Assembly (NCBI RefSeq): GCF_003918875.1
Contig: NW_025764959.1
Location: 1-64,000, forward strand
Length of the DNA stretch: 64,000 nucleotides
Direction of reading: 5' to 3'
Origin: Haliotis rubra
Taxonomy: Eukaryota
Made by a program: the position numbers and the translations under genes. The notes beneath the pieces were generated by a model. That model did not search any database. It saw only the letters and a list, made by a program, of their open reading frames with translations, and had not been told where the DNA came from. The stretch's first letter is position 1, and each line of letters starts with the position of its first letter. This document shows positions 41,730 to 53,985 of this stretch, in pieces.

Positions 41730-43509
41730 GGGAAATCACAAGTTCCTGGCCACATCAGCTAGTGCTACAGTTAACTTTGTTATTGTTCTTGTTCAGAAAT
41801 GTTGTGCAAAGAACATCCTGTTATATTGTAACCATAATTGCTTGTTGATGGTTATGTTGATGAAATAAAATAATGAAGTCGATATTATAATCTTTGTCAT
41901 TTGCTGACACGTTCACGACATCTTGAGGACAGACATTAGTATAGAAAGCTCTTTTGATACTAAGAGAGAAACGATTCATTCAAGATGGCATCTCACAGTT
42001 TCACGCCTTTCGTCATTTTGCGCGGGTTCTGACGGTGTCATGCCCAATAATCTATTCTGTCCAATAAATGTAGCTAAAAGCCATGGATAATAACCAACTA
42101 AAATGAAACACATTTAGATATTGACGATGGGATTTCCATCTTACACAACTCCGGCTACGCCACAGCATAACATTTTCAACCGTTGTCATTCCTTTGACCA
42201 TATAAATGACCATGACATATCATAATGATTGAAGAAAACCACCCAAAATACTCTATCTCTCATACCGAATGTTTCGTAATGTCATCCTTTCGACTGTACT
42301 CTATCCTTTTGAAATGAACATGCCCCAGTGCTTGGGCTGAACCTAGGAGGTTAAAAACTGTTAATGCATACAGCATACAATGCAAAAGAAAACTGAATCT
42401 TTCAAATTGGCATCAGCACAAGTCAAAAGTATTTCAAGAAAAAGCACTCGGTGTACAACATTCCCCTGAAGAAACAGAACACGAAAGATCGGAACATCCT
42501 TACACAAGACAGTGGTCATCATTGAAATGGGCTCAGTTAGCAAGCTGGTCCCATCTGTACAATGCCCTTTTACATTATTGTGTATTCAAAGCAACATTTA
42601 CACATGATAGAGTTGTATTACGTTGTCCTGTGCAACTCTCCAACAGAATTGCCACATATGTATTCAAGATGTACTTTCTACCCAATCTAACACACATGAA
42701 CTGTCTTCAAACTATATATACACATCTTTATATGGTAAGGTTTCAAACAATCTGACGTTCACCAAGTATTGTTTCAGATGGACAATATCCACATACAAAA
42801 GTCTCAGATCATTCGTGATATATATCTATGATGTAAGAAGAGGTAGAGAAATGGTGAGGTTAACAAATAAGGTGCTACGTCAAAGAAATGCAGACAATAC
42901 AGTCCATACTTTGACTTTGCCTACTTTAACAGGGATTTTCTGTTATTGTGCAAGTGGTTTTGTCGTTCTTATTTATTACAAATAGAGGTTTCGTGAAGCA
43001 TAAGACGTTTTCTGTTGCTATGTTTTTGTCAGCGGCCTTCTCCCTCTACCAACAAAAGCCAATGCATTAGAAGTAAGACGACGAAGGGCACCGTTAGATT
43101 AATCCCGACTTTATCAAGAAACGCTGATTGATATTCCCGAGATAACGAGATTGGATTGGTTGAACTTTCCTCAGACCTCCCTTTACTACAAATTAAGCTT
43201 GTTTTGACAAGCACATGATTGGTGCTTCAAAGTGGACAATGAGATCCCATTTCGATCAAAGCCCAATGAAGTTGCAGTATAGCTTTGATCTCGCCACTGG
43301 CTTCCAAAACGCTCTCTTTGATGTATAAATCCCCACTTGTTTGTACTGAGGGCAAGTATAAAGGTTTCCCAGAGTCCGATGTACTTCACTCCATCTCAGC
43401 CTGCAGGACCGATCACACCCTCTTTCAATTATCAGAGCGTCACTGACTTCCTACAGTATTAGCTACAGGCCCGATATCAGTCCAGAATTGTGTAGATAAG
43501 CCCTAGAAA

Positions 43510-44122
43510 ATGGATCCAGTTCAAGTTGCCATCAAGCTGAGAGGTCTCCTTGTTGCCCATGACAATGCAGTGAAAGAGATCCTGACATTAGGTAAATATC
43601 AACAGTTCTTATCTGCCTGTAAAATGCCAATATTTAGTACTCTGACCTTCAAAATTGAAAACCTCATGACTTTATTTTGATCATCTCTACCAAGACTTCT
43701 AATTACCCCGTTTTACTTTTTTTTCAGACATGCAGGTGTACAAGCTGATGCAAAAGATGACGGCCAACTCCTCCAACAACTGTATAATTCGAGGTGAACA
43801 GCTGATCCAGAGACGATGGGTACTGGAAGGTGTGAAGGAGATGTTTACCATCTACAGACAAATCAAGTGGCAAGAGGTGCAGGCCTGTGTAAATGCCATC
43901 ACCAAAGATGTTTCTGGAGAAAGTGATACAGAGGCGGATTGGAATGCTGAAACTTCCTTCAATGACGATGACGCTTCCTTCACCGAACCCGAGGTCGACA
44001 GCTCATACAGTGAGGACGACGAAGACGAGGAAGACCTCTACACCAACGACAGCAGCTACGATATGACGACTCTCAGTCGAGCTTTGTCTGTAGACGACTG
44101 TGCACTTCATAGACACGCTTAA
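43510..44122 (+). CDS. Array gene copy 14, intact
   Basis: Same spliced frame. Confidence 0.85.
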
Positions 44123-45901
44123 GGGAAATCACAAGTTCCTGGCCACATCAGCTAGTGCTACAGTAACTTTGTTATTGTTCTTGTTCAGAAATGTTGTGCA
44201 AAGAACATCCTGTTATATTGTAACCATAATTGCTTGTTGATGGTTATGTTGATGAAATAAAATAATGAAGTCGATATTATAATCTTTGTCATTTGCTGAC
44301 ACGTTCACGACATCTTGAGGACAGACATTAGTATAGAAAGCTCTTTTGATACTAAGAGAGAAACGATTCATTCAAGATGGCATCTCACAGTTTCACGCCT
44401 TTCGTCATTTTGCGCGGGTTCTGACGGTGTCATGCCCAATAATCTATTCTGTCCAATAAATGTAGCTAAAAGCCATGGATAATAACCAACTAAAATGAAA
44501 CACATTTAGATATTGACGATGGGATTTCCATCTTACACAACTCCGGCTACGCCACAGCATAACATTTTCAACCGTTGTCATTCCTTTGACCATATAAATG
44601 ACCATGACATATCATAATGATTGAAGAAAACACCCAAAATACTCTATCTCTCATACCGAATGTTTCGTAATGTCATCCTTTCGACTGTACTCTATCCTTT
44701 GGAAATGAACATGCCCCCAGTGCTTGGGCTGAACCTAGGAGGTTAAAACTGTTAATGCATACAGCATACAATGCAAAAGAAAACTGAATCTTTCAAATTG
44801 GCATCAGCACAAGTCAAAAGTATTTCAAGAAAAAGCACTCGGTGTACAACATTCCCCTGAAGAAACAGAACACGAAAGATCGGAACATCCTTACACAAGA
44901 CAGTGGTCATCATTGAAATGGGCTCAGTTAGCAAGCTGGTCCCATCTGTACAATGCCCTTTTACATTATTGTGTATTCAAAGCAACATTTACACATGATA
45001 GAGTTGTATTACGTTGTCCTGTGCAACTCTCCAACAGAATTGTCACATATGTATTCAAGATGTACTTTCTACCCAATCTAACACACATGAACTGTCTTCA
45101 AACTATATATACACATCTTTATATGGTAAGGTTTCAAACAATCTGACGTTCACCAAGTATTGTTTCAGATGGACAATATCCACATACAAAAGTCTCAGAT
45201 CATTCGTGATATATATCTATGATGTAAGAAGAGGTAGAGAAATGGTGAGGTTAACAAATAAGGTGCTACGTCAAAGAAATGCAGACAATACAGTCCATAC
45301 TTTGACTTTGCCTACTTTAACAGGGATTTTCTGTTATTGTGCAAGTGGTTTTGTCGTTCTTATTTATTACAAATAGAGGTTTCGTGAAGCATAAGACGTT
45401 TTCTGTTGCTATGTTTTTGTCAGCGGCCTTCTCCCTCTACCAACAAAAGCCAATGCATTAGAAGTAAGACGACGAAGGGCACCGTTAGATTAATCCCGAC
45501 TTTATCAAGAAACGCTGATTGATATTCCCCGAGATAACGAGATTGGATTGGTTGAACTTTCCTCAGACCTCCCTTTACTACAAATTAAGCTTGTTTTGAC
45601 AAGCACATGATTGGTGCTTCAAAGTGGACAATGAGATCCCATTTCGATCAAAGCCCAATGAAGTTGCAGTATAGCTTTGATCTCGCCACTGGCTTCCAAA
45701 ACGCTCTCTTTGATGTATAAATCCCCACTTGTTTGTACTGAGGGCAAGTATAAAGGTTTCCCAGAGTCCGATGTACTTCACTCCATCTCAGCCTGCAGGA
45801 CCGATCACACCCTCTTTCAATTATCAGAGCGTCACTGACTTCCTACAGTATTAGCTATAGGCCCGATATCAGTCCAGAATTGTGTAGATAAGCCCTAGAA
45901 A

Positions 45902-46513
45902 ATGGATCCAGTTCAAGTTGCCATCAAGCTGAGAGGTCTCCTTGTTGCCCATGACAATGCAGTGAAAGAGATCCTGACATTAGGTAAATATCAACAGTTC
46001 TTATCTGCCTGTAAAATGCCAATATTTAGTACTCTGACCTTCAAAATTGAAAACCTCATGACTTTATTTTGATCATCTCTACCAAGACTTCTAATTACCC
46101 CGTTTTACTTTTTTTCAGACATGCAGGTGTACAAGCTGATGCAAAAGATGACGGCCAACTCCTCCAACAACTGTATAATTCGAGGTGAACAGCTGATCCA
46201 GAGACGATGGGTACTGGAAGGTGTGAAGGAGATGTTTACCATCTACAGACAAATCAAGTGGCAAGAGGTGCAGGCCTGTGTAAATGCCATCACCAAAGAT
46301 GTTTCTGGAGAAAGTGATACAGAGGCGGATTGGAATGCTGAAACTTCCTTCAATGACGATGACGCTTCCTTCACCGAACCCGAGGTCGACAGCTCATACA
46401 GTGAGGACGACGAAGACGAGGAAGACCTCTACACCAACGACAGCAGCTACGATATGACGACTCTCAGTCGAGCTTTGTCTGTAGACGACTGTGCACTTCA
46501 TAGACACGCTTAA
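45902..46513 (+). CDS. Array gene copy 15, intact
   Basis: Same spliced frame. Confidence 0.85.
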
Positions 46514-48316
46514 GGGAAATCACAAGTTCCTGGCCACATCAGCTAGTGCTACAGTAACTTTGTTATTGTTCTTGTTCAGAAATGTTGTGCAAAGAACATC
46601 CTGTTATATTGTAACCATAATTGCTTGTTGATGGTTATGTTGATGAAATAAAATAATGAAGTCGATATTATAATCTTTGTCATTTGCTGACACGTTCACG
46701 ACATCTTGAGGACAGACATTAGTATAGAAAGCTCTTTTGATACTAAGAGAGAAACGATTCATTCAAGATGGCATCTCACAGTTTCACGCCTTTCGTCATT
46801 TTGCGCGGGTTCTGACGGTGTCATGCCCAATAATCTATTCTGTCCAATAAATGTAGCTAAAAGCCATGGATAATAACCAACTAAAATAAAACACATTTAG
46901 ATATTGACGATGGGATTTCCATCTTACACAACTCCGGCTACGCCACAGCATAACATTTTCAACCGTTGTCATTCCTTTGACCATATAAATGACCATGACA
47001 TATCATAATGATTGAAGAAAACCACCCAACACACTCATGATGACTATCTCTCATACCGTATGTTTCGTAATGTCATCCTTTCGACTGTACTCTATCCTTT
47101 TGAAATGAACATGCCCCAGTGCTTGGGCTGAACCTAGGAGGTTAAAAACTGTTAATGCATACAGCATACAATGCAAAAGAAAACTGAATCTTTCAAATTG
47201 GCATCAGCACAAGTCAAAAGTATCTCAAGAAAAAGCACTCGGTGTACAGCATTACCCTGAAGAAACAGAACACGAAAGATCGGAACATCCTTACACAAGA
47301 CAGTGGTCATCATTGAAATGGGCTCAGTTAGCAAGCTGGTCCCATCTGTACAATGCCCTCCCATCTGTACAATTTTTACATTATTGTGTATTCAAAGCAA
47401 CATTTACACATGATAGAGTTGTATTACGTTGTCCTGTGCAACTCTCCAACAGAATTGCCACATATGTATTCAAGATGTACTTTCTACCCAATCTAACACA
47501 CATGAACTGTCTTCAAACTATATATACACATCTTTATATGGTAAGGTTTCAAACAATCTGACGTTCACCAAGTATTGTTTCAGATGGACAATATCCACAT
47601 ACAAAAGTCTCAGATCATTCGTGATATATATCTATGATGTAAGAAGAGGTAGAGAAATGGTGAGGTTAACAAATAAGGTGCTACGTCAAAGAAATGCAGA
47701 CAATACAGTCCATACTTTGACTTTGCCTACTTTAACAGGGATTTTCTGTTATTGTGCAAGTGGTTTTGTCGTTCTTATTTATTACAAATAGAGGTTTCGT
47801 GAAGCATAAGACGTTTTCTGTTGCTATGTTTTTGTCAGCGGCCTTCTGCCCCTACCAACAAAAGCCAATGCATTAGAAGTAAGACGACGAAGGGCACCGT
47901 TAGATTAATCCCGACTTTATCAAGAAACGCTGATTGATATTCCCCGAGATAACGAGATTGGATTGGTTGAACTTTCCTCAGACCTCCCTTTACTACAAAT
48001 TAAGCTTGTTTTGACAAGCACATGATTGGTGCTTCAAAGTGGACAATGAGATCCCATTTCGATCAAAGCCCAATGAAGTTGCAGTATAGCTTTGATCTCG
48101 CCACTGGCTTCCAAAACGCTCTCTTTGATGTATAAATCCCCACTTGTTTGTACTGAGGGCAAGTATAAAGGTTTCCCAGAGTCCGATGTACTTCACTCCA
48201 TCTCAGCCTGCAGGACCGATCACACCCTCTTTCAATTATCAGAGCGTCACTGACTTCCTACAGTATTAGCTATAGGCCCGATATCAGTCCAGAATTGTGT
48301 AGATAAGCCCTAGAAA

Positions 48317-48926
48317 ATGGATCCAGTTCAAGTTGCCATCAAGCTGAGAGGTCTCCTTGTTGCCCATGACAATGCAGTGAAAGAGATCCTGACATTAGGT
48401 AAATATCAACAGTTCTTATCTGCCTGTAAAATGCCAATATTTAGTACTCTGACCTTCAAAATTGAAAACCTCATGACTTTATTTTGATCATCTCTACCAA
48501 GACTTCTAATTACCCCGTTTTACTTTTTTCAGACATGCAGGTGTACAAGCTGATGCAAAGATGACGGCCAACTCCTCCAACAACTGTATAATTCGAGGTG
48601 AACAGCTGATCCAGAGACGATGGGTACTGGAAGGTGTGAAGGAGATGTTTACCATCTACAGACAAATCAAGTGGCAAGAGGTGCAGGCCTGTGTAAATGC
48701 CATCACCAAAGATGTTTCTGGAGAAAGTGATACAGAGGCGGATTGGAATGCTGAAACTTCCTTCAATGACGATGACGCTTCCTTCACCGAACCCGAGGTC
48801 GACAGCTCATACAGTGAGGACGACGAAGACGAGGAAGACCTCTACACCAACGACAGCAGCTACGATATGACGACTCTCAGTCGAGCTTTGTCTGTAGACG
48901 ACTGTGCACTTCATAGACACGCTTAA
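48317..48926 (+). CDS. Array gene copy 16 (1-bp deletion in the A-run)
   Basis: GCAAAGATG. Confidence 0.65.
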
Positions 48927-49750
48927 GGGGAAATCACAAGTTCCTGGCCACATCAGCTAGTGCTACAGTAACTTTGTTATTGTTCTTGTTCAGAAATGTT
49001 GTGCAAAGAACATCCTGTTATATTGTAACCATAATTGCTTGTTGATGGTTATGTTGATGAAATAAAATAATGAAGTCGATATTATAATCTTTGTCATTTG
49101 CTGACACGTTCACGACATCTTGAGGACAGACATTAGTATAGAAAGCTCTTTTGATACTAAGAGAGAAACGATTCATTCAAGATGGCATCTCACAGTTTCA
49201 CGCCTTTCGTCATTTTGCGCGGGTTCTGACGGGTCATGCCCAATAATCTATTCTGTCCAATAAATGTAGCTAAAAGCCATGGATAATAACCAACTAAAAT
49301 AAAACACATTTAGATATTGACGATGGGATTTCCATCTTACACAACTCCGGCTACGCCACAGCATAACATTTTCAACCGTTGTCATTCCTTTGACCATATA
49401 AATGACCATGACATATCATAATGATTGAAGAAAACCACCCAACACACTCATGATGACTATCTCTCATACCGTATGTTTCGTAATGTCATCCTTTCGACTG
49501 TACTCTATCCTTTTGAAATGAACATGCCCCAGTGCTTGGGCTGAACCTAGGAGGTTAAAAACTGTTAATGCATACAGCATACAATGCAAAAGAAAACTGA
49601 ATCTTTCAAATTGGCATCAGCACAAGTCAAAAGTATCTCAAGAAAAAGCACTCGGTGTACAGCATTACCCTGAAGAAACAGAACACGAAAGATCGGAACA
49701 TCCTTACACAAGACAGTGGTCATCATTGAAATGGGCTCAGTTAGCAAGCT

Positions 49751-49869
49751 TGGCACTTATTCTCGAAACTTTCGAAGCCCTAAGAATTCTTAACTTGATC
49801 GTAACCAGTGTGTTAAGAATGGGCTTAAGAAGTTCGTAGGGCTTAAGAAATTTCGAGAATAGCTAGCCA
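49751..49869. mobile_element. 119-bp MITE inserted in the spacer of unit 17
   Basis: Absent from all other units (empty site AGCT|GGTCCC). Imperfect ~45-bp TIRs: TGGCACTTATTCTCGAAACTTTCGAAGCCCTAAGAA / TTCGTAGGGCTTAAGAAATTTCGAGAATAGCTAGCCA. Confidence 0.9.
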
Positions 49870-50834
49870 GGTCCCATCTGTACAATGCCCTTTTACATTA
49901 TTGTGTATTCAAAGCAACATTTACACATGATAGAGTTGTATTACGTTGTCCTGTGCAACTCTCCAACAGAATTGCCACATATGTATTCAAGATGTACTTT
50001 CTACCCAATCTAACACACATGAACTGTCTTCAAACTATATATACACATCTTTATATGGTAAGGTTTCAAACAATCTGACGTTCACCAAGTATTGTTTCAG
50101 ATGGACAATATCCACATACAAAAGTCTCAGATCATTCGTGATATATATCTATGATGTAAGAAGAGGTAGAGAAATGGTGAGGTTAACAAATAAGGTGCTA
50201 CGTCAAAGAAATGCAGACAATACAGTCCATACTTTGACTTTGCCTACTTTAACAGGGATTTTCTGTTATTGTGCAAGTGGTTTTGTCGTTCTTATTTATT
50301 ACAAATAGAGGTTTCGTGAAGCATAAGACGTTTTCTGTTGCTATGGTTTTGTCAGCGGCCTTCTCCCTCTACCAACAAAAGCCAATGCATTAGAAGTAAG
50401 ACGACGAAGGGCACCGTTAGATTAATCCCGACTTTATCAAGAAACGCTGATTGATATTCCCCGAGATAACGAGATTGGATTGGTTGAACTTTCCTCAGAC
50501 CTCCCTTTACTACAAATTAAGCTTGTTTTGACAAGCACATGATTGGTGCTTCAAAGTGGACAATGAGATCCCATTTCGATCAAAGCCCAATGAAGTTGCA
50601 GTATAGCTTTGATCTCGCCACTGGCTTCCAAAACGCTCTCTTTGATGTATAAATCCCCCACTTGTTTGTACTGAGGGCAAGTATAAAGGTTTCCCAGAGT
50701 CCGATGTACTTCACTCCATCTCAGCCTGCAGGACCGATCACACCCTCTTTCAATTATCAGAGCGTCACTGACTTCCTACAGTATTAGCTATAGGCCCGAT
50801 ATCAGTCCAGAATTGTGTAGATAAGCCCTAGAAA

Positions 50835-51446
50835 ATGGATCCAGTTCAAGTTGCCATCAAGCTGAGAGGTCTCCTTGTTGCCCATGACAATGCAGTGAAA
50901 GAGATCCTGACATTAGGTAAATATCAACAGTTCTTATCTGCCTGTAAAATGCCAATATTTAGTACTCTGACCTTCAAAATTGAAAACCTCATGACTTTAT
51001 TTTGATCATCTCTACCAAGACTTCTAATTACCCCGTTTTACTTTTTTTCAGACATGCAGGTGTACAAGCTGATGCAAAAGATGACGGCCAACTCCTCCAA
51101 CAACTGTATAATTCGAGGTGAACAGCTGATCCAGAGACGATGGGTACTGGAAGGTGTGAAGGAGATGTTTACCATCTACAGACAAATCAAGTGGCAAGAG
51201 GTGCAGGCCTGTGTAAATGCCATCACCAAAGATGTTTCTGGAGAAAGTGATACAGAGGCGGATTGGAATGCTGAAACTTCCTTCAATGACGATGACGCTT
51301 CCTTCACCGAACCCGAGGTCGACAGCTCATACAGTGAGGACGACGAAGACGAGGAAGACCTCTACACCAACGACAGCAGCTACGATATGACGACTCTCAG
51401 TCGAGCTTTGTCTGTAGACGACTGTGCACTTCATAGACACGCTTAA
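50835..51446 (+). CDS. Array gene copy 17, intact
   Basis: Same spliced frame. Confidence 0.85.
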
Positions 51447-53226
51447 GGGAAATCACAAGTTCCTGGCCACATCAGCTAGTGCTACAGTAACTTTGTTATT
51501 GTTCTTGTTCAGAAATGTTGTGCAAAGAACATCCTGTTATATTGTAACCATAATTGCTTGTTGATGGTTATGTTGATGAAATAAAATAATGAAGTCGATA
51601 TTATAATCTTTGTCATTTGCTGACACGTTCACGACATCTTGAGGACAGACATTAGTATAGAAAGCTCTTTTGATACTAAGAGAGAAACGATTCATTCAAG
51701 ATGGCATCTCACAGTTTCACGCCTTTCGTCATTTTGCGCGGGTTCTGACGGTGTCATGCCCAATAATCTATTCTGTCCAATAAATGTAGCTAAAAGCCAT
51801 GGATAATAACCAACTAAAATGAAACACATTTAGATATTGACGATGGGATTTCCATCTTACACAACTCCGGCTACGCCACAGCATAACATTTTCAACCGTT
51901 GTCATTCCTTTGACCATATAAATGACGATGACATATCATAATGATTGAAGAAAAACACCCAAAACACTCTATCTCTCATACCGTATGTTTCGTAATGTCA
52001 TACTTTCAACTGTACTCTATCCTTTGGAAATGAACATGCCCCCCAGTGCTTGGGCTGAACCCAGGAGGTTAATAACTGTTAATGCATACAGCATGCAATG
52101 CAAAAGAAAACTGAATCTTTCAAATTGGCATCAGCACAAGTCAAAAGTATTTCAAGAAAAAGCACTCGGTGTACAACATTCCCCTGAAGAAACAGAACAC
52201 GAAAGATCGGAACATCCTTACACAAGACAGTGGTCATCATTGAAATGGGCTCAGTTAGCAAGCTGGTCCCATCTGTACAATGCCCTTTTACATTATTGTG
52301 TATTCAAAGTAACATTTACACATGATAGAGTTGTATTACGTTGTCCTGTGCAACTCTCCAACAGAATTGCCACATATGTATTCAAGATGTATTTTCTACC
52401 CAATCTAACACACATGAACTGTCTTCAAACTATATATACACATCTTTATATGGTAAGGTTTCAAACAATCTGACGTTCACCAAGTATTGTTTCAGATGGA
52501 CAATATCCACATACAAAAGTCTCAGATCATTCGTGCAATATTTCTATGATGTAAGAAGAGATAGAGAAATGGTGAGGTTAACAAATAAGGTGCTACGTCA
52601 AAGAAATGCAGACAATACAGTCCATACTTTGACTTGGCCTACTTTAACGGGGATTTTCTGTTATTGTGCAACTGGTTTTGTCGTTCCTATTTATTACAAA
52701 TAGAGATTACGTCAAGCATAAGACGTTTTCTGTTGCTATGGTTTTCAGCGGCCTTCTCCCTCTACCAACAAAAGCCAATGCATTAGAAGTAAGACGACGA
52801 AGGGCACCGTTAGATTAATCCCGACTTTATCAAGAAACGCTGATTGATATTCCCCGAGATAACGAGATTGGATTGGTTGAACTTTCCTCAGACCTCCCTT
52901 TACTACAAATTAAGCTTGTTTTGACAAGCACATGATTGGTGCTTCAAAGTGGACAATGAGATCCCATTTCGATCAAAGCCCAATGAAGTTGCAGTATAGC
53001 TTTGATCTCGCCACTGGCTTCCAAAACGCTCTCTTTGATGTATAAATCCCCACTTGTTTGTACTGAGGGCCAGTATAAAGGTTTCCCAGAGACCGATGTA
53101 CTTCACTCCATCTCAGCCTGCAGGACCGATCACACCCTCTTTCAATTATCAGAGCGTCACTGACTTCCTACAGTATTAGCTATAGGCCCGATATCAGTCC
53201 AGAATTGTGTAGATAAGCCCTAGAAA

Positions 53227-53569
53227 ATGGATCCAGTTCAAGTTGCCATCAAGCTGAGAGGTCTCCTTGTTGCCCATGACAATGCAGTGAAAGAGATCCT
53301 GACATTAGGTAAATATCAACAGTTCTTATCTGCCTGTAAAATGCCAATATTTAGTACTCTGACCTTCAAAATTGAAAACCTCATGACTTTATTTTGATCA
53401 TCTCTACCAAGACTTCTAATTACCCCGTTTTACTTTTTCAGACATGCAGGTGTACAAGCTGATGCAAAAGATGACGGCCAACTCCTCCAACAACTGTATA
53501 ATTCGAGGTGAACAGCTGATCCAGAGACCATTTATATTTAATTTATGTGTGGTTCCGTTTTGTGGATAG
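53227..53569 (+). pseudogene. Array gene copy 18, truncated in exon 2
   Basis: Homology stops after LIQR (53528); the frame runs into flanking DNA (PFIFNLCVVPFCG) and stops at 53569. Confidence 0.85.
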
Positions 53570-53985
53570 CATTCTGTATTGACAGGTGTTATGATTCCAA
53601 GGTTGACATTCAAGTTAGTGTTCTAAGGTGTAACATTGCATGGTAGATATACATTGCAAGATTCTCAATTTGGGCATAATCGTTTGTTCTCTTGGGGATA
53701 CTAAACTTCCATTTAGAAAATATATAAGCATAATTTGTGGGAATTTAATTTTCAGGTAACTGACTATAAGAAGGGCATATTAAGAGAATGTGATAGCCTT
53801 ATCGTCTTCCACATATCCTTTGTGGCATACACAACACAGTGTTTTATTCATTTCAGTATTGATATACCTTCCGGTCTCAATACTTAATTGATGTGAGAAA
53901 CATCGAAATTGGGAGAGCACAACCCAATATATTTATAAATACTTAAATAAGGTATAGCTCTGTACCAAAGGAGACTTTAAAAAGG

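Larger units (their letters stand above)
8139..53528 (+). repeat. Gene-containing tandem array (macrosatellite): 18 units, ~2.39 kb period, three ~1.07 kb short units, one LINE and one MITE insertion
   Basis: Near-identical units. ATG positions: 9654, 12050, 14439, 23576, 24649, 27035, 28099, 29168, 31559, 33945, 36336, 38728, 41120, 43510, 45902, 48317, 50835, 53227. Homology ends abruptly at CCAGAGAC 53528. Confidence 0.97.

Noticed and set aside
8139-53528. Array as rDNA, 5S, histone, snRNA/SL RNA cluster or CRISPR
   Set aside because: No recognisable motifs of these genes and no repeat-spacer structure; the context is eukaryotic.
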